From positions 14,399,680 through 14,463,679 of the forward strand of contig OZ316894.1 of the NCBI GenBank assembly GCA_973895155.1: a DNA stretch of 64,000 nt. The letters are read 5' to 3'. Of this stretch, positions 14,796-26,443 are shown one piece after another. How positions within the stretch are numbered: position 1 is the first letter of the stretch; every line of letters begins with the position of its first letter. The notes under the pieces were generated by a model. The model saw nothing but the letters and a program-made list of their open reading frames with translations, did not search any database and was not told the origin of the DNA. Made by a program: the position numbers and the translations under genes. The stretch comes from Marsupella aquatica. Its lineage: Eukaryota; Plantae; Marchantiophyta.

Positions 14796-15945
14796 CTTTT
14801 ATTAGGCCATTTTGTAGATATACTAGCTCTCTCCAGTGGTGGGGACTCCTCACTTCTGTTCTGGATCTACGTGATCGTTGTTTTTTCAGAACCGTGTGAG
14901 TAGCATCTGAGTCTGCCTTGAGGAAGATCATACCAAGTGCGATATTTTGTAGAGATGTCTCTCCAGGCAGTGTTTCATATGAGGATTTGTTCCTTGCTTG
15001 GCATGTTGGGTTTAAGCAGGCAGAGATGGAGAGGCAATGTGGGTCAGATTGCTAGCGATCTGGTCACTAACATACCAGTCTTGTGGTGATTTTCAGAACC
15101 CTTTCTTGGATGGTATTTTAATTTAGATTAGATAATAGGATGGTAGAGAGTACTGTGCAATTTGCAGCACAGACTCGCCTAGTATTTTAATGACTAGACA
15201 AACACTGATTTCAGTGGAGAGGTGTACACGATAATCAAGAAGCTTCCCTTAAGGCTGTTACAAGGTTTTCCCTGCTAGGGGATTGCCGCCGTTTTGATTC
15301 GAGTCGACTGTTTTTAATTTCGAGTGTCATTACCTAAGGCAAGGACAAAAGTATCTCTACTCTTGCACATTATGTGCACAATCCAGTACCATAGACTTAC
15401 TTAAACTTTCCCTGTCATTATTTCATTTCTTTACTTGTACTCTTGTACCTTATGCACAGAACTTTTCAATATCATAGATTTAAATTTTCCTAGTCATTGT
15501 GTGACTTGTACTTTATCCCACTCAACAAATATGCAGTAGCCACAAAAAATGAAACATGCTCATAAATGAACGTGCTATTGGCGAAGGCCGCCGTCAATAT
15601 CTGTTGGAGTGCCCGTCTGATGTGGTCAATTTCCTGTAACTATCAGCTGTAATATCAGCAGGTCGTTTTCCTGTATGTATACACTGATTATCAAAATTAG
15701 TCACACAATATTGAGAAATCTACTTCCTGCAACTATGAGCTGTGGGATTATATGAGCATTTACACTGATTACCACAATTAGATACACACAATATTGAGAA
15801 ACAAGGGCTCCAGGGATGTTGTGAGAAAATAGAGAAAATATAAGCAGTGAGTAAACACAATTTATTCTAAATGAAACGAAGTGTTATTTTCTATGACATG
15901 CAATAATATATGACAAGCACTCTATTAGTGTCTAAAACACGTTAA

Positions 15946-16572
15946 AAGTACAAAATATTCACTAATGTAATGTAAAAAATTAATCCGTGTACCCCCATGT
16001 TCTTTTAGAGACAGTTATCTAGAACTGAAGTCTAGATGAATCAAACTGAAGTCTAGATGGATCACCACGGTTTACTCCATGGTACCGAAGAAATGTTGGA
16101 TGCATTCAAGTTGCATCAAAAGTAATCATTTTTCAATTTTTACACTAAGATAAATGAAGAGAGAGAAGTCATTAGTGTCATCAAATCATTAACTTTGCAT
16201 AATTGTTTAAGACAAAAAGTTACATGAAAATAAATCTCCAATTGTGAAATTCAGAATTAAGTACAAAATATTCACTAATGTAATGTAAAAAATTAATCCG
16301 TGTACCCCCATGTTCTTTTAGAGACAGTTATCTAGAACTGAAGTCTAGATGGATCAAACTGAAGTCTAGTGGATCACCACGGTTTACTCCACGGTACCGA
16401 AGAAATGTTGGATGCATTCAAGTTGCATCAAAAGTAATCATTTTTCAATTTTTACACTAAGATAAATGAAGAGAGAGAAGTCATTAGTGTCATCAAATCA
16501 TTAACTTTGCATAATTGTTTAAGACAAAAAGTTACATGAAAACAAATCTCCAGTTGTGAAATTCGGAATTAA
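15946..16572. repeat. Near-perfect tandem duplication, unit about 313 bp
   Basis: The string aagtacaaaatattcactaatgtaatg...gtgaaattc.gaattaa starts at 15946 and again at 16259, with few mismatches. Confidence 0.92.
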
Positions 16573-17282
16573 TCGAAAGCTAAAGAAATTTAAAAACTCA
16601 TGACCACCTTAGAAAGCTCATTGGAAAGCTAGAGAACATTGAAAACTTATAATCTCCTCAGAACTCAACTAAATCTATCAATGTTAAGTTCATTAAGAAG
16701 TTGAAGAAATTCTAAAATTCATAATCTCTTTAGTACTCTATAAAATCTATAAATTTTAGGTTCATTCTCATGGAAGGGGTCAACATTTCAGGGGTTGTAC
16801 AACAAAGATTTCTATTCACGTTAGAGATTATGAAATCACGAGTAAAATTTATTTTTCAAATTACTTACTCAATTCTGGGGAATTTACAAACGACAGCAAA
16901 GAGATAATAGTAACAGCAAACGGGAACTGCTACAAGTGAACAGTGTTAGGCTTCCAGTGAACAATGATATAAAAAACCGGGACTAAAGAAGCATTGGGCA
17001 ATACTGATATAGAAAGTAAGACGACCAAAGAGGCCTGGAATGAAACAAAACAAAATGGAAACATGTCTTTGCCAAACGAGTAAAACGACTCACCATTCAA
17101 TCAAACAAAATCCGAGACCAAAATATGCCGATATACAAAGGGGGAAAAACAAAATGTCATATGTAATCGTAAAGTACACAACGCGCTCGGCGTAGGTCCA
17201 AAAAATGTAGTTTAAACCAGAAACCTGCCGGCAGAAAAGTCCGATATACAAAAGCCGTGGCCGACCCTGGCTCAAGATTGCC

Positions 17283-17558
17283 AAGAAAACATAAGCAGCG
17301 CTCGGCGCTATCTTACACTATGGTCCTAAAAATGCGGTCTATTGAAGAGAATAATCGGAAAGAAAACCAAAATGCTTAAGCCTCGATCGACTCAGTCTCA
17401 AAACTTCCGCAAGAATATGCAGCGCTCAGCGCTATCTTACACTACGGTCCTAAAAATGCAGTCTAATGAAGAGCACAATTGGAAAGAAAACCATAACGCC
17501 TCGGTCGACTCAGTCTCAAAACTTCCGCAAGAACATAAGCAGCGCTCGGCACTATCTT
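17283..17558. repeat. Tandem repeat of about 120-125 bp (about 2.3 copies), each unit carrying an AGCGCTCGGCGCT-type palindrome
   Basis: The unit gcagcgctc.gcgctatcttacacta.ggtcctaaaaatgc...cgactcagtctcaaaacttccgcaagaa is repeated. Palindrome cores start at 17297, 17421 and 17541. Confidence 0.85.
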
Positions 17559-17635
17559 AAAGTTATGACCAAACCGAATGATGTAACATCGTTCACTGTG
17601 AAAAACCATCCAGCCAAAACATATGAAGAGCACCT

Positions 17636-18208
17636 CTAGCTTTCAGAGTTGCAATCGTCGTCCACTCCTGCCGCTTCCCTTTTCCAATTTTTCTTGAATC
17701 CAAGACCACGCAATCGAATGTATCTCTCAGAAGGTCCCCGACGCACTGCCCTCCTACCTTCATTCAGAATATTACTGTCCTCAAAGTCAACTCACCCAAA
17801 CATTTCTTGAACTCTTCTTTTGATTGGGAGTACACCATCGATGGGAACTGCCTGATGAGATGAAAACCTGCTCGCAAACGGGAGCGGAGGAGAATCGACA
17901 ATCCACGGAATGTTCTTCTCTCTAGGACTAATAGCCTCATCATAGGGTAGAGCATGGTTCTGAAAAGTGGAAGTTTCAGTATCTTTGGACTCAATCCTTG
18001 ACTCATAAGAGCTGAAATGACTCTCCTCCGGACAAACTCGAGAAGGAAGGAACGCTGACTCCCACGCAACCAAGTCATTGTTTCTCGCCATGTCCAATAG
18101 GTCCACAAGAAATGTCAACTTCCCCTCTCACCAAACGCGAACAATGTCAAATGAGGTCACTCGTCCCTCAAAGGCCGGGGTATATACAAGCACGTACAGT
18201 CCATGCAT
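17636..18208 (-). pseudogene. Orphan reading frame of about 190 codons broken by two TGA stops, function unknown
   Basis: One frame reads MHGLYVLVYTPAFEGRVTSFDIVRVW*EGKLTFLVDLLDM...QEMFG*VDFEDSN...NSES*. It lies on the same strand and just downstream of ParB-MTase copy A. Confidence 0.35.
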
Positions 18209-19080
18209 GGGTTGGCTCTAGCACACCAACAGACACAAACCAGATGGACGTTGGTCTCTGAAATGTATATCGACGTAGTACTGACTACATACGGTTTGTC
18301 TCATTCTGAGGACCGTTGTAAGACACGACAAAGACACAATGGACAATCACCCCCAATAGAAGGAGGAAATATACCAACAATGAACCTCCATTTGGTAAGT
18401 GCCAGGTGCTGGTAAAAAACACCGATAATACGGCATCAATTTATACGGACCCTCATCAGCGGAACTGAATACATATTTGTACTAGCGCTTGGCGCTGGTA
18501 AAAAAATTCCCCTAAAGTTCCAAAAAATGTCTCACGATTTTGAAGAATCTGATTCTGAATTAGAATTTGTACTCTGTGACTTGTCTATGGACACAACCTC
18601 ATCGTCTACGTACTGACTCCGGGAAAAGTCATCAACATAAGGATTTTTAATGAACTTCCTGTCAACACCCTTTTGTAACCGAAGACCTTTGTTTTCCCAT
18701 CAAAGCGTCCTTGTACTCTCAACTTTCCTTGCGGCTTTCTCCGCATAGGAGGGAAGAACAAATGGTTTTTCCGGCGTTTCTATGTAGTGTCTGGCAACTC
18801 TCCTTTGGAGCTTGAAACGTCTATGAGCATTCCATTTTTGACCTGATGCAATGAATTCCAGCAAGTCAGGCACTTGTTTCAAGAACAACACAAAATTGGC
18901 ATAAATGGACGGGAATGGAGAAAGAAGCTTACAAGTTTATGAACATTACTCGGAAGAGTCATCACTATCGATTTCATTAGGAGATGCATGAGCCTCTTCC
19001 TTTTCCTCCTCTGAGTGCCCCGTAGCTTGTTGCTCTCTACCTTCACTGGACTCATCATCAGAATCAAAATTGAGAACCGA

Positions 19081-20060
19081 TCAAAGCTTATCTCGCTTCT
19101 TTTTGTCGGTAGGAGGAACAGGAGGAGGTAAAATTTGAATCTCTTTGGGAGACAACAAATCCATGAAAACCTTTGAAGTGGTTTCAATAAAGTCTTTCCT
19201 ATGTTCTATCCCGAGTACAAAGCGTCCAGAAAAATCTCCTGCAATGAAAGAGCTACCCGCCCCAACGGTCCAATCCATGAAAATATCACAAGGACGGGTG
19301 ACAAGCTCGATGACAGATTGCAAAACCCCAACAGACAAACAAGCATTTCCAGCAAACTCCATTTGTGGGAATGGATTGGATTTGAGAGAAGAAAGCCCGA
19401 TCAAATTGGTGATCGAGGGGTCTTCACTGATGGAGAGTGGACGGAATTTAGAGTCTTTGGGAATTTTACATTTCCCATTAATTTGGCCAAACATGTCCAG
19501 TCTGAGAGTAAACATCTGCCGAAAAAGCAATCTGAAGTGTCAGTTGGCGAATCCAGGTTACACGATTGATAACTCAAAAGGGGAAAGAGTCAAGAAGAGA
19601 TAATTACCTGACGGTCTGTCTTGGCCGTGTACATGGGAACAGACATCACAACATTTATGCGTACATATACATTGGAATCTTCTCGACAGACAGCAATGAC
19701 TTGAGACATGGGATTGTACTCCCCATTGTGTAGAATTGCAAGGACCCCATTGTCTAATAAAAATGGATCCATGGATTTGAAAAAAGAACTAGCCATTGAG
19801 TGGTCTGGCATGTTCCATTTAGGAACCTTCTTGTCAAGGATTGTCAGTTTGAACCCAATTGGAAGGTAAATGAAGTCTGCGTCGACTCCAAACAATCTTT
19901 CCTTTCCACCCCTCACAACACCCTTCACTTTGTATCCTGACTTTACTAGATCCTTCCCCCACTTTTCCACAATACTAACCCACTCTGGTTTCTCCTCTTT
20001 GTTGAAAGTCAAGTCAAAGAACTCAAATAGGCTTGACTCAACCATACAATGTCGAGACAT
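19081..20060 (-). pseudogene. Beta-class N6/N4 DNA methyltransferase-like domain of copy A (two exons, intron 19607-19516)
   Basis: VLQSVIELVTRPCDIFMDWTVGAGSSFIAGDFSGRFVLGIE matches the N6_N4_Mtase C-terminal pattern LLERLI..ST.PGD.VLDPF.GSGTT..AA...GR.FIGIE. The N-terminal half has ADFIYLPIGF at the motif IV position (degenerate) and FLLDNGVLAILH (an L.P.G-type motif). Confidence 0.7.
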
Positions 20061-20305
20061 TGTACTCTTGAAATTCCCAACTTCACGTTGGAGACCAGTT
20101 GCTGCAACACTCTCCCTTGAAGAAGGTCCTCCTTTGGTAACTCTTTTTCACTTCTTTCTAGTACTTGTGGCGTCGACTGGAACAATTACCTTCCCTTTGT
20201 CTACAGGAGTAATGGGGTCCGATCGAGCTCCTGTGTTTGCTTCAGAAACTTCAAGGGTAGCATCAGCTTTAGTATCTCCTATTCCTGCAGTATTTGACTT
20301 CCTCC

Positions 20306-23300
20306 TGTCACGTCGTCAGCCTTGGCCTTACTCCGGCTTTGGCTTAAATAGGCACATCCTTTGTCAAAATGAGGGTTCGGGCAGGGAGGGAGGCACGGAA
20401 TGCACCCAACTTACATAAAATAGCGCTAAGTGCGCCTATCATCATATACGGACACCTCCTAGGTATGTTTTGTGTTCCGCCACCGGAATGTACCTCAATC
20501 GATAGCAGGATCGACCCTGGCTTAAGGGCTTCTAAGCCTTCGTATTGTCCGCCTTTGATCCGGATTTTGTGGTATGGGTGCTCAACCCGGGCTCGCAACC
20601 ATGTACACGCAAGCTGCACCCCGTGCACTACTTGGGTAGTGCGTTCGGCCAAGCGTTGGCACCTATACACAAGATTCACACACATAGATACGCACAAGCA
20701 TAAAATCTCAATTTATACGAAGGAAATAACGGGAAGGGATTTTACTCCATAAGAGACATACGCGGTAAGGGCGTGCGCCTTCGCTAACAACTCATCGGCG
20801 GCTGCAACTTTGGGTTGTAGTTGCAGAAGCTCAGCCTCTTGAGCCGCAACTTTGTTCTTTAAGTATACGAACTCCACCCGGTACCGCTCTATCCTCTGAA
20901 GGGCCTCTGATTGGGCCCGACCTGCCTTTACTGCGGCAACCAACTCCTGATTGAAGAAATAGGCTACCTTCCGGGTCATGAACTCCCCGGTATCCTGGGC
21001 AATTTGATGAGAGAAATCTCCCAGAAGCCCGTTCAGAAATGTACCCGGTACGAAGAGTTCCGGGTGGTCCAGGTTGTGCCTGTCCGGAGTTGGGCACGAG
21101 CAGACGTCCACACGCGCGGGGGCTGGGGCAGTGACATCCAACCCTGGGGACGTAGTGTTGGAAGGGGTTGGAGTGTCCTCCTACAGCAATGTCCGGTTCT
21201 CCGGAATAGGGTGGGTCTTTGGGAGACCCGGGCTCGAGTAAAGGCCTCCGCTGTACCGACTTCTGTACTTGGACCGGCCTGTTGGATCGCATCTACGGTT
21301 GCAATTACCGACCCATCCGGTACCTCCTCGGTCATGACTATAGCTACTTGTGGAGGTGGGGTGGGTGAAGCCTGCATGTCCGCTGGACTTCGGCCTCGAG
21401 TTGGGGCCATCTCTCCAAGGCCGGGAAAACCCACTTAGCTGGGACCAGCTTTGTAACGTTGACACGGGGAAGGGTTCGTCGATCAAACCGAGCGTACCAC
21501 TCGAGAATGATCTCGATGTGGCTAGCAAAATACGCCTTCCCGCCAATGTATAGCGTCTTTCTTCGCCACTCCATCTCTTCGTGGAATTTCTTAGCGAAGT
21601 ACGATGCCCACTTCCTAGGTCGATAGTTCTCGACCTGGATAACCTGGGCAGCGGAGATCTCCCCTCGGGGTTCCATCATGTGGAGGGCGTACCTTTGGAA
21701 CTCCAGTCGCTCAGCTATCTCGGGAATGAGACAGGTCCTCATCACGAACCCGTTGTCCACTGCTCCCTCTGAGGGAAAACTCAAGGATTGGTACTTGGCT
21801 CCCTTGCCCCCGGGAGCCCGTGATTCAACTCGGTGGTCACCTTCGGGTAACCCAAAGATCATCTTGAGCCGTTCTTCCGTGAGGGACATATTCCTTCCCC
21901 GCAGCCGAGTAAGTTGACGTGCGTCATCATAATTCTTGACGAATTCTGTCATGTCCTCCCCGTAGTACCTGCAAGTGTTCCAGGGGAGAGAGGCGAGGTG
22001 CTCGAATCCCTGAGTCTTCAGGTACACCGCATGTTTGGGATGGAGGATGTTTTTATGCACGTTTTCCCCCATGCGGTGCATTGTCACCTTGGCCGCGGCT
22101 ACCGTGGCTAATGGTAACCCAGATGCAGCGGCGGGTTCCTTCCTCTTCTTCCCCCGTGACTGGCTTGGGGAGGGTGACACCTCCCCATCCTCTCGATCGG
22201 GCATAGGTAGTGCTACCGCCGTTAGTATTGGGCCCGGGGCGGCCACGGTCACCGTGTTGTTTGCTAGAGCCGTTCCTTGGGTCCAAGCATGGGGAGGGGA
22301 CGATGTAGTGTCGGCCCCCTGAGTGTTTGCTCCTCTGGGCCGCCTGAGCAAGGGTGGGGTAGCCTCATCATCGTCGCTAAGGTCCACAACATTGATGACG
22401 GAGCGTACTTGTACTGGCGGGGCGATTGGCGGTGGGGGTTAGCTAGGCTGAGACTAAGACTGAAGCTGAGTCTGCGCTGGTGCGGGTACGGGTATGGGGT
22501 CGACTGGGCCGGCGCCGGCGGGTGCAGGCCTAGTTCCCATGAAGCTCTGCAGGTGCTGGTAGAAGTTCTCCGAAGCAAGTGCAGAAGGCCTTGTCGAACG
22601 GGTAGTGCTAGACTCGCTGTTGATGATAGCCCGAACCTGAGCCCCTGATGTGGTCAAAGTGATGTCACTGCAAGTCAATCGTACCCGGGATATTGAAGAC
22701 CTCGTTCGGAAGCCAAAGCAATGCTTCCCAGAAACTGATATATTTGTCTCCGTTGAAGAAGTACCCAGATACCTCTGCTGGTCGGTAAAGCTCGCTCTGA
22801 GACGGGTAGTCAAAGTTAAGGATATAGTGGTGTCGTCTTGCTAGGTGGATGGCTCTCTCGTACTCGCATTCGATTTCATATCGGTGCGGGTTGGCGTGTT
22901 TCAATGAGTCGGCCAAGTGTCTTCCGGTAGATAGGAACTGCGTCCAGAATCGAATGGCCGAACTGGAGAGGATCATGTGCGACATTCAGAGGAGATAGCA
23001 GTGGCGACTAAGAGAGAACGAGAGAGCTGGGGTCGAAGCTGGCGCGTGGACTGATGGACTGGTGCACTACAAAGGGTCAGCTCCCTTTTTATACCCTAAG
23101 GGCTTGTCGATCACCCGGCGTCTCCTCGTTGCCTATAGGCTGAACCGTTCACGCTTGTAGTGTACCGGCCACTCCGCCGGTCTGAGTCAGCGCGTGTCAG
23201 TGGCCGCTTCCCTAAGTTCATTATACGGACCCGAGGGAGGGGCCCCTCCACGCTCGCAACCTGGGTGGGCGAATGGCGATACGCCGCCAGTCCGAACATG

Positions 23301-23452
23301 AATTCCCCTTATTGACTAATGATTTCCTACTCATAATGGTTACCTAAATACTGTCGTTATGCTAATAATAGTGGCCTAAGATACCCCTAACACACATGCT
23401 AAGTGCGGTCCAGACTGAATTACCGATTACTCACCGTACCGGCGGCGTCACA
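20306..23452 (-). repeat. 3' LTR (about 3.15 kb) of the Gypsy element
   Basis: Starts TGTGACGCC directly after the purine tract and ends ...CGTGACA at the TSD. Segment 22918-23452 matches 29390-29924. Confidence 0.75.
20713..22985 (-). pseudogene. LTR-encoded accessory ORF (plant mobile domain / Athila ORF1-like core plus coiled coil), fragmented
   Basis: ORF pieces 22665-22985, 21344-22387 and 20713-21141. The core GFEHLASLPW...MTEFVKNYD...LRGRNMSLTEERLKMIFGLPEG is homologous to ORFs at 37.5-38.5, 39.2-39.8 and 45.8-46.1 kb. Confidence 0.65.
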
Positions 23453-24788
23453 TAGCTCCCTACTTAACTGTGAAGCATCCTCGCGAACATCACTTTCGGC
23501 GTTGTCGTCTTGATGGTGGTACTTTTTTACACGATCGTAACTGACTCGCGTGGGGAGTAAATCGCCGGCGTACGTTGCAAGCTCCAAAGATCCGTTGGGG
23601 TAGATCTGATTGACTAGGAAGGGCCCTAACCAACGGGTATGAAGCTTCCCTAGAAACTGCATGTACCTACTATCGTATAGAAGGACCAGATCGCCTGTCA
23701 CGACATTGACCTTCCGTAGTCCTTTGTCGTGCTGCTTCTTAGAAGTTGCTTGCTGGTGTACGGCGTGTCGAGATGCTAGTAGTCGTGCCTCTTCTAAGGC
23801 TTCAATCTGATAAGCTTGGTCTGACGAACTTTCAGGTTTGGGCAAGCAATCCCGAATGCTGACCCGTGGAGTGTGTACTTCAAACTCGACGGGCACCAAC
23901 AAATGTTGGCCGAACGAGAAAGTACAGGCTGTGACTCGTAGTAGTTTTGTAAGCTAGATTATACACGTACACCGCTGCTTACAACTTATCATCCCAATCC
24001 GTTTTGTGCGCAGCTACAGTTTTGTTGAGGATCTTCCCAATGATACCATTGGCTCTCTCTGCCATCCCGTTGGCTTTAGGATGATACGGGGTAGTCTTGT
24101 GGTGCTTGACTAGGTAACGCTCCGTAAGCTGGGCTACCGTGTCATTGAGGAAGTGTGTTCCACGGTCGCTTACCAACTCTAAGGGCAGTCCGAACTGGGT
24201 GAAAATCTGTTCATATAAGAACCTGGCGCTGGTTGCGGCATCGTCCTTCACCGTAGCCCGCGCTTTGACCCACTTGGTGGAGTAATCTATAGCTAGTAGG
24301 ATGTACCTGCATCTTCACCTTCGGGTAACGGGAGTGAATGGCCCGATGTAATCAATACCCCACTTTTCAAAAGGTGCTAAGGGAAGCACTGATGTGAGAG
24401 GGTGATGATGAGCTCGTCTCGGGGCCCCAGCCCGTTGACACAGGTCACAGCCCTTGATGAAGCGTTGTACATCCCGATGCAACGTAGGCCACCAATACCC
24501 CGAGTCTAGAATCTTTTGGGCTGTCGTGATAGCCGCGAAATGGCCTCCAGCTTCTTCTTCATGCAAGGCCCGCATCACGATAAGTGTTTCCTTATACTCT
24601 AAGCAGCGTCGTAATTTCCCATTAACTCCTTCCTTATGTAGGTGGCCCTGTATCATGACATAAGGTCCGGCTTTCCTTAAAAACACAGCGGCGGCTTCCT
24701 GATTAATGCCGTCAGGGATGCGGCCCGTTAAGAGGAAGGTGATTATTGAACCGTACCACGTTGGCGTCATCGACCCTACATGGAACAA
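23420..24788 (-). pseudogene. Gypsy integrase (fragmented)
   Basis: HHCC region GHFAAITTAQKILDSGYWWPTLHRDV...CDLCQR, core WGIDYIGP / SDRGTHF / HPKANGMAER, and GPY/F-like WLGPF. Confidence 0.92.
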
Positions 24789-26425
24789 TTCCTCATCCAG
24801 AAAATATCATTAATTGGCTGATCGACTGGTACGCCGTCCAGCCTTGAAAATAAATCGACGTTGAGGTGTACCTTTCCTGGCCGAACCCGAACTTCGTAGT
24901 TAAATTCCTGGAGAAGTAGCACCCACCGGGCTATCCGTCCCGTCACGTCCGCTTTGTTGACCATGTACTTCAGGCTATCATGATCCGTGTGGAATATGAC
25001 CTTGTAGCCGAGTAGATAGTGTCGGAACTTTTTACACAAGTAGATTATTCCCAGAGCTTCTCGATCAGTGGGGGAATAATTCTTTTCGGCTGTGAATAAT
25101 TGACGGCTAGCGAAGTAGATGGGGTGGTCCCATCCGTCCTCATCAAGCTGACTGAGCACGGATCCAATACAGAACCCTGACACATTGACATACACGTGGA
25201 ACTCCTTATTCCAGTCTGGAGTGACCATGATAGGTGCGGTGGTGAGTCGTTTACGAAGTTCTTCGAAAGCAATCCATCTTCGAGGTGTCTCCTCGATCAC
25301 CGCGTCCTTCTTCATCATCTCAGTTAAGGGCAACGCAATTTTAGCAAAGTCTTTAATGAACCGACGGTAATACCCTACACAGCCCAAGAAGGATTGTACC
25401 GCTTTTTGATCCACGGGGAACACCACCGCCATCCAGGCCGCGACCTTCTCTTGATCCACCTCGATACCCCGTTTGGACACACGATGCCCGAGTAACACTC
25501 CCTCCTCTACCCCAAAAAAGCATTTGGCGGGATGTAGTTTGAGGTTAACCTCTCGGCATCGTTGCAACATACATCTTAGGTGTTCGGGGTGCATGGCGAC
25601 GGTTCCAAAGATGGCGAAGTCGTCGATAAATATCTCTAGAAATTCCCGTAGGAAATCATGGAAGATATTCATCATGAGTCGCTGAAACATGGCCGGAGCG
25701 TTACACAGTCCGAACGGCATTCTCTGAAATGCAAAAGTCCCCCATTCTGTAGTGAACGTTGTTTTGAGCTGATCCGAGAGGCGAATCCAGATTTGGTTAT
25801 AACCCGAATACCCGTCAAGGAATGTATAAATTTCATTTCGGGCTACCATATCTAGAACCATATCCATGAATGGTAACGGGTAATGGTCTTTTCGGGTCAC
25901 GTCGTTCAACTTACGATAGTCCTGACAGATCCGGATCTTAGGTTTTCCGTCCATACCTCCCTTTTTTGGTACAATGACGATGGGAGAGACCCAGTCGCTG
26001 GCCATTACCGGGTAGATGATATCTGCGGCGAGGAGATGATCAATTTCCTCCTTCCCTAAGATGGAGTACCTCGGGTTCATGCGATGTTGTCGCTACCGTA
26101 CTGCATGGGCCCCCAAATTCAAATCGATCGTGTGTTCTCCTAACTCGGGGGAGACTCCGGTTAAATCGTGATGGCTCCATGCAAACACATCTTCATATTC
26201 CTTGAGCAAAGCTTGGATAGATTTTTCTGCCTCCCTAGTCAGAGCGTGGCCCAGGTTAAAAGACTTATCCATCCCAATGGTGTACTTCCGGTAGTGCTCC
26301 TTCCTGATGACTTCAACCTGGGTCCGCAAGCTTGGGTCCAGGCTCGCATCGAGTTCAGCTAACCAAACTCCTCCGTACATGGGTGGAACCGGGATTGGTT
26401 TCGGGATTGGAGTCACTTCCACCAA
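24776..26425 (-). pseudogene. Gypsy reverse transcriptase + RNase H
   Basis: WVSPIVIVPKK, RICQDYRKLN, LDGYSGYNQI, MPFGLCNAPAMFQR, FIDDFAIF, FLGCVGYYRRFIKDF, AEKNYSPTDREAL, TDHDSLKY. Confidence 0.95.
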
Positions 26426-26443
26426 TTGTGGGATGGACGGATC

